DNA of 64,000 nucleotides, taken from assembly GCA_043826355.1 (NCBI GenBank), contig JBDRQI010000001.1, forward strand, positions 69,993 through 133,992. The letters run 5' to 3'. The notes beneath the pieces were generated by a model. It did not search any database. It worked only from the letters and a program-made list of their open reading frames with translations, and was not told the DNA's origin. This DNA is from Candidatus Omnitrophota bacterium. GTDB lineage: Bacteria > Ratteibacteria > UBA8468 > MWAK01. The translations under genes and the position numbers were made by a program. Below are positions 39,446-47,863 of the stretch, piece by piece (position 1 is the first letter of the stretch; each line of letters begins with the position of its first letter).

Positions 39446-39745
39446 TTAGGAAACAGGGGTGCGGCGGCGGTCAGCCAGTTCCGCGACCTTACCCTTGTTC
39501 CAACCGCTTACCTTGGAAAAGTAACCGGTGACCCGGGTGATATGCTCCACGTTTCTGCCCTGGTGGGTGGCAGCCAAAAGAGGAGTTAGGTCTCCGGAGG
39601 AAATAGTCCTTTCCGTGAAGAACGTTTTGGTCTGAAAAGACCGGTTCTCCACCAGCAGGCCCGGCACGCCTTCCTGTTCCTGCTCCTGAAAAGCGAACTG
39701 CTCCGGGTTTTGAGAAAGATACGCGACAAACTCTTGCTTCTGCAT
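39446..39745 (-). CDS. Small stand-alone NrdD C-terminal glycyl-radical domain protein (99 aa)
   Basis: ITRVTGYFS..WNKGK.AE..DR motif; GGGAGG SD. Confidence 0.8.
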   Translation of the reverse strand: MQKQEFVAYLSQNPEQFAFQEQEQEGVPGLLVENRSFQTKTFFTERTISSGDLTPLLAATHQGRNVEHITRVTGYFSKVSGWNKGKVAELADRRRTPVS

Positions 39746-39884
39746 TACGGCCTCCCAAATGTTAACAACGGGTAATGTCCAACTTAACCATGGAAACACA
39801 GAGAATGATTTAACATCATAATTTAAATTTATTATTCCGTGTCTCCGTTCTTCCGTGTTTCCGTGCTATATTAGTGTTTTATCA

Positions 39885-41552
39885 TTATTTTTTAAGAATT
39901 TCCTGCAAATCCTGTTCCGGTTTGGTGATGGGCCGGATGTTAAACTTTTCCGAAAGCACCTTCAAAACGCCGGGGGAAATGAATGCCGGTAGCGACGGTC
40001 CCAACCGGATATTCTCGATGCCTAGCGAAAGAAGGGTGGTCAGGATGCAGACCGCTTTTTGTTCATACCAGGAAAGGATGATAGAAAGTGGCAGGTCATT
40101 GACCGAACAGTTGAATGCTTTGGCGAGTTCGGTTGCGATGACGATGGCCGAATAGGCATCATTACACTGGCCGCAGTCCAGCAGCCGCGGGATACCGTTG
40201 ATAGCGCCGAAGTCCAGGTGGTTGAACCGGAACTTGCCGCAGGCAAGGGTAAGGATAACGCAGTCGGCCGGGATTTTCTGAGCCAGTTCCGTGTAGTAAT
40301 TTCGGCCCGGCTTGGCGCCGTCGCAGCCGCCGACCAGGAAGAAATGCCTGATTTTTCCGGACGTGACCGCCGCGGCAACGGCGGGCGCGGCTTTCATCAA
40401 GGCGTCGTGGCCGAAACCGACCGTAACTTCTCCGTCGGGAGCGTCTTCCTTGAAACCGCCGAGTTGACGCGACTTTTCAATCACGGAACTGAAGTTCTTG
40501 CCGGTTCCTTGACCCTCAATGTGGATCACGCCCGGCCAGCCCACCAGACCGGTGGTAAAGATGCGGTCCAGATAAGAATCAAGCGGTTTTTGGATGCAGT
40601 TGGTGGTCATCAGAACTGCGGCCGGGACAGCGTCAAATTCTTTCTTCTGGTTTTGCCAGGCGGTGCCGAAATGTCCCACCAGATGCTTGTATTTTTTCAG
40701 TTCCGGGTAACCGTGAGCCGGCAGCATCTCACCGTGGGTGTAGATATTAATCCCCTTTTCTTCGGTCTGTTGGAGAAGTTGTTCCAGGTCCAGCAGGTCG
40801 TGACCGGAAACGATGATGGCCGGTCCTTGCTTGGTGCCCCGGAAAACTTTGGTCGGCGCCGGGCTGCCGAACCGGTTGACATGCGCCTTATCCAGCGTTT
40901 CCAGGCAGGTGAGGTTGACCCGGCCGAATTCCATGTTGAGGTCAATCAGGGCTGCGGTAGTAATGGTTTCGTCTCTCAGGGCAGCCAGTCCTTTGTAAAA
41001 AAAGGAATTTACCGTTTCGTTTTCCCGGCCCAGAAGCGAAGCGTGGTCCGCGTAGGCGGCCATGCCTTTCAGATTGTACCGCAGGAGTTCCCGGAGGCTC
41101 TGGTTGTCCTCCTCCCGCTTGGGGTTGGACAGTATTCCAACCGCCTGGCTCTGAGCTAACAAGCCGGTCCTGGTATCGGCCGGTTTCCAGTCAGTTGCTT
41201 CCGGCAGTTGACCGTCAAACTTTTTGCCTTCCTTTTCCCGGTAGGCCTTCAGGAATGCGCTTTTTACCTTTTCTTTAACCGTATCTGCTTTTCTAACCAT
41301 CTCTTCCAGCCGCTGCGGGTCAAAATTTACATTGGTGACCGTAGCAAAAAGGCCTTCAGCTAAAAAACGGTCAACGGCCTTCTCTTTTACGCCCAATTCC
41401 TGCGCCATCTTTCCGTAAACGGCAATTTCTTCCAAGGCGTAAAATAGAAGGTCCTGGAGGTTGGATACTTCCGGATTCTTTCCGCAGACCCCTCCTTTGG
41501 TACAACCGCTGCCCTGCGCTGTTTGCTCACACTGCCGACAAAACATATCCAT
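39885..41552 (-). CDS. hcp: Hybrid cluster protein (hydroxylamine reductase)
   Basis: MFCRQCEQT...C...CGK, SGHDL, THGEM, GGCDG, GQCND, SWYEQK. Confidence 0.96.
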   Translation of the reverse strand: MDMFCRQCEQTAQGSGCTKGGVCGKNPEVSNLQDLLFYALEEIAVYGKMAQELGVKEKAVDRFLAEGLFATVTNVNFDPQRLEEMVRKADTVKEKVKSAFLKAYREKEGKKFDGQLPEATDWKPADTRTGLLAQSQAVGILSNPKREEDNQSLRELLRYNLKGMAAYADHASLLGRENETVNSFFYKGLAALRDETITTAALIDLNMEFGRVNLTCLETLDKAHVNRFGSPAPTKVFRGTKQGPAIIVSGHDLLDLEQLLQQTEEKGINIYTHGEMLPAHGYPELKKYKHLVGHFGTAWQNQKKEFDAVPAAVLMTTNCIQKPLDSYLDRIFTTGLVGWPGVIHIEGQGTGKNFSSVIEKSRQLGGFKEDAPDGEVTVGFGHDALMKAAPAVAAAVTSGKIRHFFLVGGCDGAKPGRNYYTELAQKIPADCVILTLACGKFRFNHLDFGAINGIPRLLDCGQCNDAYSAIVIATELAKAFNCSVNDLPLSIILSWYEQKAVCILTTLLSLGIENIRLGPSLPAFISPGVLKVLSEKFNIRPITKPEQDLQEILKK

Positions 41553-41575
41553 AAGACCTCCCATTAAACAATAAC

Positions 41576-41983
41576 CTATCTTACTTCTGTAAGGAAAGAC
41601 GCAATATTGATCTGTTCCAATTCCGAAACTACTATTTTTTCAATCTTTTTTAATCTTTTTCTTAAGAAACAGTTTTGCTGGTTATGGCAGACAAATTTCC
41701 GAAATAAGCACCGGCTTATATCCACTTTCCCCTGGAATAACCGGGCTATTTCACCCAGGGAAATTTCGGCCGGGTTCTTCTTTAAAGAGAAACCGCCTGT
41801 CTTTCCCTGGCGGGAAACCACCAAGCCGTTTTGACATAAGGTTTGCATAATGCGGCGCAGAAAAGGACGGGGTATCTTTTCGGTCCTGGCCAGTTCTGAA
41901 ACAGCAAATACCCCATTCTTCCCCCGGGCCATGTGAACTAACGCTCTGAATGCGTAGTCCGTATTCCGGTTGATCAGGCTCAT
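41576..41983 (-). CDS. Rrf2-family regulator with three C-terminal Cys
   Basis: DYAFRAL, S.QGKTGGF.L, C-x6-C-x5-C. Confidence 0.92.
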   Translation of the reverse strand: MSLINRNTDYAFRALVHMARGKNGVFAVSELARTEKIPRPFLRRIMQTLCQNGLVVSRQGKTGGFSLKKNPAEISLGEIARLFQGKVDISRCLFRKFVCHNQQNCFLRKRLKKIEKIVVSELEQINIASFLTEVR

Positions 41984-41990
41984 TGATTAT

Positions 41991-42019
41991 ATGATACCAA
42001 ATAAGTATCATTATGTCAA
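41991..42019 (-). promoter_or_regulatory. rrf2-hcp promoter with palindromic operator
   Basis: TTGACA-17-TATCAT overlapping ATGATAC-N7-GTATCAT. Confidence 0.7.
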
Positions 42020-42038
42020 ATCGGCCACTTTTAATCCA

Positions 42039-42549
42039 TTAAGAAAGCGCATTTTCCAAATCCTCTTTCAAATCATATTTATCTTCGATTCCGACTGAAA
42101 GACGGATTAAGTTATCCTTGATGCCCCGTTTTTGACGTTCTTCCGCGGAAAAAGAACCGTGCGTCATTTTGGGTGGATAGCAGACAAGGGATTTCACCCC
42201 GCCGAGACTTTCCGCGAGCAGGAACAAGCGGAGTTTGGAGACAAATTCTTCAACCTCAATAAAACCTCCTCTTATTTCAAAACTTATCATTCCCCCAAAC
42301 CCATGCATCTGTGTTTTCGCCAGCTCGTGCTGGGGATGACTGCGCAGGCCCGGGTAGTGGACAGATTCCACCGTTGGATGTTTTTCCAGAAATTCGGCGA
42401 TGAAAAGCGCGTTCTTTTCGTGCTGCCGCCCGGGTTGAAAAACTCAACCTTTGCGTATATTTCGGATTGAACCCCGCCGCAATGTTATTGAGTTTTACCG
42501 GCGGGGTTTTCCCGATTGTTTTTGTTGTGTCCGGGTATATCTGGCTCAT
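42039..42549 (-). pseudogene. Deletion fusion of a cysK/CBS 5' end to a cystathionine lyase/synthase 3' end
   Basis: IGKTP.VKL and, after a frameshift, IYAKVEFFNPGGS; then RQHEKNA...HYPGL...AESLGG...IRLSVGIED. Confidence 0.85.
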
Positions 42550-42591
42550 TATTACTTCTTCTGTCGCCATATCTTTTGCGACGGCAACCCT

Positions 42592-42636
42592 AAAATAAAA
42601 AAGCCCACAACCTTTTTTATCTGGCAACGGGCTTTT
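42592..42636 (-). terminator. Attenuator terminator hairpin
   Basis: AAAAGCCC...GGGCTTTT stem followed by a T-run, upstream of the cysK fragment. Confidence 0.75.
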
Positions 42637-42661
42637 AAAATATTTTTTGAAGAATCCGGTG

Positions 42662-42802
42662 TTACGTGAACTGGTTTCTCCTCATTACCAGAAGATGGTT
42701 CCGCATACAACAACACATAACCATGCGGACTTTCTGCCGGCTGAGGATGTAGTCTTTTTCAGGACCGATTCCTTTTTCCGTTCTCTGATTTAACGTTGTC
42801 AT
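42662..42802 (-). CDS. Met/Cys-rich leader peptide (46 aa)
   Basis: MTTLNQRTEKGIGPEKDYILSRQKVRMVMCCCMRNHLLVMRRNQFT, between a consensus promoter and a terminator. Confidence 0.7.
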   Translation of the reverse strand: MTTLNQRTEKGIGPEKDYILSRQKVRMVMCCCMRNHLLVMRRNQFT

Positions 42803-42839
42803 TTTGATAATTGATTACTATTGTAATGATTTTGATAAT

Positions 42840-42869
42840 ATTATAACCTCACCAAATAAATCTTGTCAA
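42840..42869 (-). promoter_or_regulatory. Consensus sigma70 promoter of the leader peptide
   Basis: TTGACA-18-TATAAT. Confidence 0.75.
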
Positions 42870-42915
42870 GTGCAACGAATTTATGCAACGAATTTATGGC
42901 TGAACAACGCAGATT

Positions 42916-43689
42916 TTACTTTAATAGTTTTTGTTTTATTTCCTGAGCGGCTTTTCTGCCGGAAAAAAGCATTCCCCCGAAAGTGGGGCCCATGCGCGGT
43001 ATGCCGTACACGGAAGAGACCGCCATTCCAATCGCAAAAAGACCCGGGTATATTTCGCCTGTCTTTTCTACGACGAGGTTCTCTGAGGTGTTGACATCCA
43101 TCGGACCGTAACCTTGAAGTTTCAGCAGGCCCCTTTTTTCCAGACTTTTGGAAACCCAGGCGTCATGGCCGGTGGCGTCTATTACCATCTTTGATTCCAG
43201 GGCGATGGGGTCAACGCAAGCAATCTGCCTGGGTAGGGCGGAAACCGGAGCCCAGTTAATCACCACTCCTTCAACCCTGTTGTTGCGGTAAACCACGTCG
43301 TCAAACTTGGTGAGGTTCAGGATTCTGGCTCCGGAATCACAGGCGGCGGAGATAAGTTTTGAGCAGGCGGTCGGACCGTCGGCGGTAAATAAACCGTCCG
43401 CCGCTTTTTTATAAGGTATTTTTATCTCGTCAAGAAATTTATCTGCCGGAGCCCTGAAGGTCAGCGTATTCATAAAATAACCGCCGACCCAAAAACCACC
43501 GCCTATGTAGTTGTTGCTCTCAATCACTAATGTTTTTAGTCCGGCGCTTGCTAAATCGCGCGCGGCTACCAGGCCGCTCGGGCCGCCTCCCACCACGACA
43601 ACATCCGAAATGATATACTCGTTAAACCACCGGCTGAATTCCCCCAAAATTGCCCTGCTTACCTGCGCTTCCGTTATCTTGCTGAACAT
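42916..43689 (-). CDS. thi4: Thi4 thiazole synthase
   Basis: GGGPSGL, GGGFWVGG, CVDP, DATGHDA, RMGPTFGGM; start at 43689 after AGGAGG. Confidence 0.93.
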   Translation of the reverse strand: MFSKITEAQVSRAILGEFSRWFNEYIISDVVVVGGGPSGLVAARDLASAGLKTLVIESNNYIGGGFWVGGYFMNTLTFRAPADKFLDEIKIPYKKAADGLFTADGPTACSKLISAACDSGARILNLTKFDDVVYRNNRVEGVVINWAPVSALPRQIACVDPIALESKMVIDATGHDAWVSKSLEKRGLLKLQGYGPMDVNTSENLVVEKTGEIYPGLFAIGMAVSSVYGIPRMGPTFGGMLFSGRKAAQEIKQKLLK

Positions 43690-43767
43690 CTTCCTCCTTT
43701 GCCCCCGCAGTCCGCTAGAGACGGACGAAAGAGGGCTTATTAACCTGAAAAGGATAATCGCGGAGGC

Positions 43768-43808
43768 AATAAAAAACCCTCGCGCCGGCAAAAATCACGA
43801 CGCAAGGG
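43768..43808 (-). terminator. Intrinsic terminator, TPP riboswitch expression platform
   Basis: CCCTTGCGTCG...CGGCGCGAGGG followed by TTTTTTATT. Confidence 0.8.
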
Positions 43809-43824
43809 CTATGTAATTTCATGC

Positions 43825-43918
43825 TTTTTCCCTCCGCTGGTATTACCCAGATCAGGTTCTGCGGGTTATCTGCTGGTTTCTCAGAATTCTCAGGCCGCTC
43901 TTACGACCTCCCCGTTTT
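43825..43918 (-). ncRNA. TPP riboswitch
   Basis: GGGGAG...CTGAGA...ACCCGCAGAACCTGATCTGGGTAATACCAGCGGAGGGA upstream of thi4. Confidence 0.95.
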
Positions 43919-44012
43919 TATTTTTGGTTATTATTAAAGCATACTTGCGCCGTTTTTGTCAAAAAAGAAGAATTGACTTGTTTTCCGGCCGGCTGGTAAT
44001 ATATCCGCTAAG

Positions 44013-44693
44013 ATGGCAGAAAAGCGAAAGTTGATGATAAAGGATTTGGCCAGGGTGGAGCGGCCGCGGGAAAAGTTGATTCAATATGGCCCGGCGCGTC
44101 TTTCCAACAAGGAACTGCTGGCTATTATCTTGAGGACCGGCGGCCGGAACGAAAGCGTGCTGGAATTGGCCGGCCGGGTAATCAGGAGTTGCAAATCCGA
44201 AGACCTGTCTTCCGTATCCTATGCTGAAATCCGAAAAATCTCCGGCATCGGGCCGGCCAAGGCGTGCGAAATTATGGCCTGTTTTGAACTGGGCCGGCGC
44301 CTTCTGAAAGGAAAAGTCGCCAGCCTGTTCCTGAAACCGGAAGACGTCTGGAAGGAATTGAAAGATATCCGGACGTTAAAAAAGGAACACTTTATTATCT
44401 TCTATCTGGACAGCCGTAATCAGCAGATAGAGCGTGAGATTATCTCCGTGGGTTCGCTTAACGCCAGCTTGGTTCACCCGCGGGAGGTTTTTGAACCGGC
44501 GGTGCGGATTCACGCGGCCCAGGTTATCCTGGCGCACAACCATCCCTCCGGAAACCCGGAGCCGTCCCGGGACGACCTGGAGATTAACCGGCGATTGGCG
44601 GAAGCCGGAAAGATTCTGGGCATAGAGGTGATAGACCATATAATTGTGACTGCAGCCGGCTACCTGAGTTTCAAGGAAAAAAATTTGATTTGA
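44013..44693 (+). CDS. radC: RadC (JAB domain) protein
   Basis: RPREKL, GIGPAKA, VHPREVF, HNHPSG, DHII. Confidence 0.95.
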   Translation: MAEKRKLMIKDLARVERPREKLIQYGPARLSNKELLAIILRTGGRNESVLELAGRVIRSCKSEDLSSVSYAEIRKISGIGPAKACEIMACFELGRRLLKGKVASLFLKPEDVWKELKDIRTLKKEHFIIFYLDSRNQQIEREIISVGSLNASLVHPREVFEPAVRIHAAQVILAHNHPSGNPEPSRDDLEINRRLAEAGKILGIEVIDHIIVTAAGYLSFKEKNLI

Positions 44694-44697
44694 CTGC

Positions 44698-44726
44698 TTG
44701 ACAGTGTACCAACCGGACGGTATAAT
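44698..44726 (+). promoter_or_regulatory. tetR promoter with probable operator in the spacer
   Basis: TTGACA-17-TATAAT; imperfect palindrome TACCAACCGGACGGTA. Confidence 0.75.
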
Positions 44727-44751
44727 ACCGTTTTAATAATTAAGTGAAAAC

Positions 44752-45291
44752 ATGGGCAAAAGAAAGAACTCTTACGATAATATCCTTGGTGCGGCGGAAG
44801 CGGTGGTGTTGAAAGTAGGGGCCGCTCACCTGACGCTTGATTCCGTAGCCCGGAAGGCCGGTGTCAGCAAAGGGGGGCTGCTTTATAATTTCCCCACCAA
44901 AGAAATTTTGTTGAAGGCGATGGTAAGCCGTTTGATCCGTTCGTTTGAAGAAGCACGGCTGAAAAAGATGGCTAAAATGAAGGAGGAACCGGCGCGGGAA
45001 ATCAAAGCGCACATTCTTTCCATGCTTACCCGTAACCGCCGAACCGACCGGACCGCGGCCGCTTTGCTTGCCGCGATTGCGTATAATCCCAAATTAGTCG
45101 AGCCCATCCGCAAAGACGCCCTGAAATTTATGGCGGAGATTGCCGCACCCGGGCTTGGATTTGAGCGGAAAGCCGTCATTCTGCTTGCGGCGATGGGGCT
45201 TCATCTGCAGGAGGTTCTGCAGGTTTCTTTTTTAAATGACAAACAGCGTAAAGCCATAATTACCGAACTGGTTCGAATGGTCGAAGGATGA
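44752..45291 (+). CDS. TetR-family regulator
   Basis: VARKAGVSKGGLLYNFPTKE HTH. Confidence 0.93.
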   Translation: MGKRKNSYDNILGAAEAVVLKVGAAHLTLDSVARKAGVSKGGLLYNFPTKEILLKAMVSRLIRSFEEARLKKMAKMKEEPAREIKAHILSMLTRNRRTDRTAAALLAAIAYNPKLVEPIRKDALKFMAEIAAPGLGFERKAVILLAAMGLHLQEVLQVSFLNDKQRKAIITELVRMVEG

Positions 45292-46580
45292 ATATGAAAA
45301 AAAGAGGAGTTTTTTGGGTTTTCTTATCTTGCTTTTTATTTTTGTTTTCCGGCATGACCGGCGCCGAAGTCCTGACATTGGAGAAAGCGATTGGCGAGGC
45401 CCGGAGTAAGAGTTTGGTCTTGAAACAGTCCGGGGAGATGGTCCGGGCAGCTGAGGCCGTCGCTGACGAGCAGCGCACCTACCTTTTTCCTTCCTTCAAC
45501 CTTTCCGGCGTTTACACCTATCAGCAAGGCCATGTTTTTAGTTCCCCGGTTCCTTCCGGAAACGTGGAGACCGATATTAATACCGTTGCCCTGACAGTTA
45601 CCCAGCCCATATTTACCGGCGGACGACTTCTGGGCCAGTACCAGTCCGCCCGGCTGGCAATTGAACTTGCCCGGGCTTATTATGCCCGGGCTGATTTGGA
45701 CCTGATTCTAAACGTAAACAACGCTTATTTCAACGTTCTGCGCCTGGAAAAGGCAATCAACGTTTCCCGGGAATTGGTGGATAACCGGCAGCGTCACTCT
45801 TCCGAAGTCGAAAAAAGGGTGAAGGCCGGAGTTCTGCCCCGGGTAGAGCAGTTGAAAGCAGAGGTGGAATTAGCTCACAGCGAAGACGGACTGATTTCTG
45901 CGGAGAACGGACTGAAGGCGGCCCGCAGCAGTTTGAACCGCTTGTTAGAGCGGCCGCTGGATGCGGAAACGGTTCTGCTGGATATCGTTCCGGAGCTCCG
46001 GCCGGAAGACGGGATTCTGGACCGCTATTACGTTGAAGCACAGCAGAATCGTCCGGAATTGAGGGCAGTTGAAATCCAGGTCGGCCAGGCGGAAAAGGGA
46101 CGGGATATTGCCCGGAGCGGTTATTTTCCGCAACTTTTCCTGCAACTGGCGCACGAGGAGTTTCAGGATGACGCTTTTGACTCTGACTGGTCACGCAATG
46201 ACCGGGTTATGCTGACTGTTTCTTACGACATCTGGAACTGGGGCCGGATAAAAAACCGGGTTCGGAACAGCGAAAGTCAGTTAAGTCAAGCGCGCCTTGG
46301 TCTTTCGGATCTGGAACGGGTTATCAGCCTGGAGGTAAAGAACGCTTATCTTGCTGTTCGGTCGGCTCTGACCAGAATAGAGACGGCCCAAAAGGCGGTC
46401 AGCCAGGCGGAAGAGGTTCTGCGGATGCAGTCCATCCGTTTTAAGGAAGGGATGGCTACCAGCACCGAAGTGCTGGATGCGGATTTTGCGCTGGCCCGGG
46501 CCAGGACCGATTATTACAACGCATCTTACGATTATCTTTCCGCCGAAGCGGTCCTGAAACGTGCCATCGGAAAAGAATAA
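45288..46580 (+). CDS. TolC-family outer membrane factor
   Basis: Signal peptide, QPIFTGG, IWNWG, operon context. Confidence 0.9.
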   Translation: MNMKKRGVFWVFLSCFLFLFSGMTGAEVLTLEKAIGEARSKSLVLKQSGEMVRAAEAVADEQRTYLFPSFNLSGVYTYQQGHVFSSPVPSGNVETDINTVALTVTQPIFTGGRLLGQYQSARLAIELARAYYARADLDLILNVNNAYFNVLRLEKAINVSRELVDNRQRHSSEVEKRVKAGVLPRVEQLKAEVELAHSEDGLISAENGLKAARSSLNRLLERPLDAETVLLDIVPELRPEDGILDRYYVEAQQNRPELRAVEIQVGQAEKGRDIARSGYFPQLFLQLAHEEFQDDAFDSDWSRNDRVMLTVSYDIWNWGRIKNRVRNSESQLSQARLGLSDLERVISLEVKNAYLAVRSALTRIETAQKAVSQAEEVLRMQSIRFKEGMATSTEVLDADFALARARTDYYNASYDYLSAEAVLKRAIGKE

Positions 46581-46731
46581 AAGATGCGCCGCGGAGTTCT
46601 CGCCAGAGTTCTCGCCAGAGTTCGGCGAAGTCTGACGATCTGACGACGCAGAGACCGCAGGGGAGTATGGAGCAAAAAGATAACTTTAAAAATACTCTTT
46701 AAAAAGCAGTCCTCTGTGTACTCTGCGGTAA
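46581..46731. repeat. Composite intergenic repeat, copy 1
   Basis: CCGCGGAG...CTCTGCGG ends; shares GAGTTCTCGCCAGAGTTCGGC and GGCGAAGTCTGACGATCTGACGACGCAGAGACCGCA with 53377-53581. Confidence 0.8.
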
Positions 46732-46759
46732 AATTTAAAAAATACAAAAGGACATATCA

Positions 46760-47848
46760 ATGAAGAAAAAAAGAGGATATCTGGTTATCGCCGTTGTGGC
46801 GGCTTTGATGATTTTTCGAATTTATCAGCGTCTTTCCACCAAATCGCTGGTTAAAGAAAAGGCAGAAATCCTGATTACCGTTCAAAAGGTTGGCCAGACA
46901 ACGCTGAACGAAATCGTACTTCTTTCCGGCACGGTTGAACCAAGGCAGAAGGCGCCGGTTATCTCCCGGGTTTCCGGCCGGCTGGATGAGGTATTTTTCC
47001 GGGAAGGCGAGCCGGTCAAAAAGGGTGCCGTGTTGGCAAAGATTGAAGAAAGGGATTACAAACTGCTCTTGATAGAGGCCCGGTCGGCCTTAAAAGCGGC
47101 CGCTGCGGAACTGGAGAATGCCGGGGGTTTTTACAAGCGGATGTCCGGTCTTTTTGCGGAAGAGGTAATCACCGCTCAGGAGATGGATAACGCCCGGAAC
47201 CGGTTGGATGCCGCCCGGGCCGCGGTGAACAGGTTGGAAGCGCAGACAGAACTGGCCCGGGAACAACTTTCCGATTGCAATATAATCGCGCCTTTCGCCG
47301 GTTTTGTCGGAAGCCGTTTCTTTGACCCCGGCATCTTTCTTACCCCGGTCAGTGGACCGATTATGGAACTGGTTGATTTGAGTTCCGTCAAGGTATCCAT
47401 ACCGCTGGGCGAAACGGAACTGGCGCGCCTCCGGTCCGGCCAGTCGGTGCAGATAAAGCCGGATGCATTTCCGGAAATTATCTTTTCCGGAAGGGTTGCC
47501 GGGATAAACCCGGTTCTGGACCCGGTTACCCGCACCACGACCTGCGAGATTGTAATCTCCAATCCAGGCTATCTGCTGAAATCGGGTATGTTTGTTCGGG
47601 CGGAGATTAACCTTTCCACCAGAAAGGATGTGCTGGCGGTTCCTCAGGAGGCGATAAGCCGCCAGGGAGAGAAGACGTTCGTTTTTGTAATTAAAGATGC
47701 CACCGCCCGGCAGAAAGAGGTTTTTCTGGATATTCAAGACGGCAATCTCTTAGAGGTCAAGTCCGGTTTGGCGAGCGGAGACGTCATTGCCACCTCCGGC
47801 ATTGATATCTTGTTTGAAAACGCAAAGGTGGAAGTTGTTAAAGAATAG
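46760..47848 (+). CDS. RND periplasmic adaptor (MFP)
   Basis: SRVSGRL, IIAPFAG, INPVLDP.TRT, LKSGMF. Confidence 0.92.
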   Translation: MKKKRGYLVIAVVAALMIFRIYQRLSTKSLVKEKAEILITVQKVGQTTLNEIVLLSGTVEPRQKAPVISRVSGRLDEVFFREGEPVKKGAVLAKIEERDYKLLLIEARSALKAAAAELENAGGFYKRMSGLFAEEVITAQEMDNARNRLDAARAAVNRLEAQTELAREQLSDCNIIAPFAGFVGSRFFDPGIFLTPVSGPIMELVDLSSVKVSIPLGETELARLRSGQSVQIKPDAFPEIIFSGRVAGINPVLDPVTRTTTCEIVISNPGYLLKSGMFVRAEINLSTRKDVLAVPQEAISRQGEKTFVFVIKDATARQKEVFLDIQDGNLLEVKSGLASGDVIATSGIDILFENAKVEVVKE

Positions 47849-47863
47849 AAAGGATTTAACGAG

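Noticed and set aside
40059..41159. 366-aa plus-strand ORF and similar long antisense ORFs
   Set aside because: Shadows of well-supported genes such as hcp in GC-rich DNA, with no motifs.
44013..44693. radC as a mobile-element marker
   Set aside because: Full-length chromosomal type with no integrase or att site nearby.
46593..46660. Tandem GAGTTCTCGCCA and TCTGACGA units as a CRISPR array
   Set aside because: No unique spacers, too few units, no cas genes; part of a dispersed repeat.
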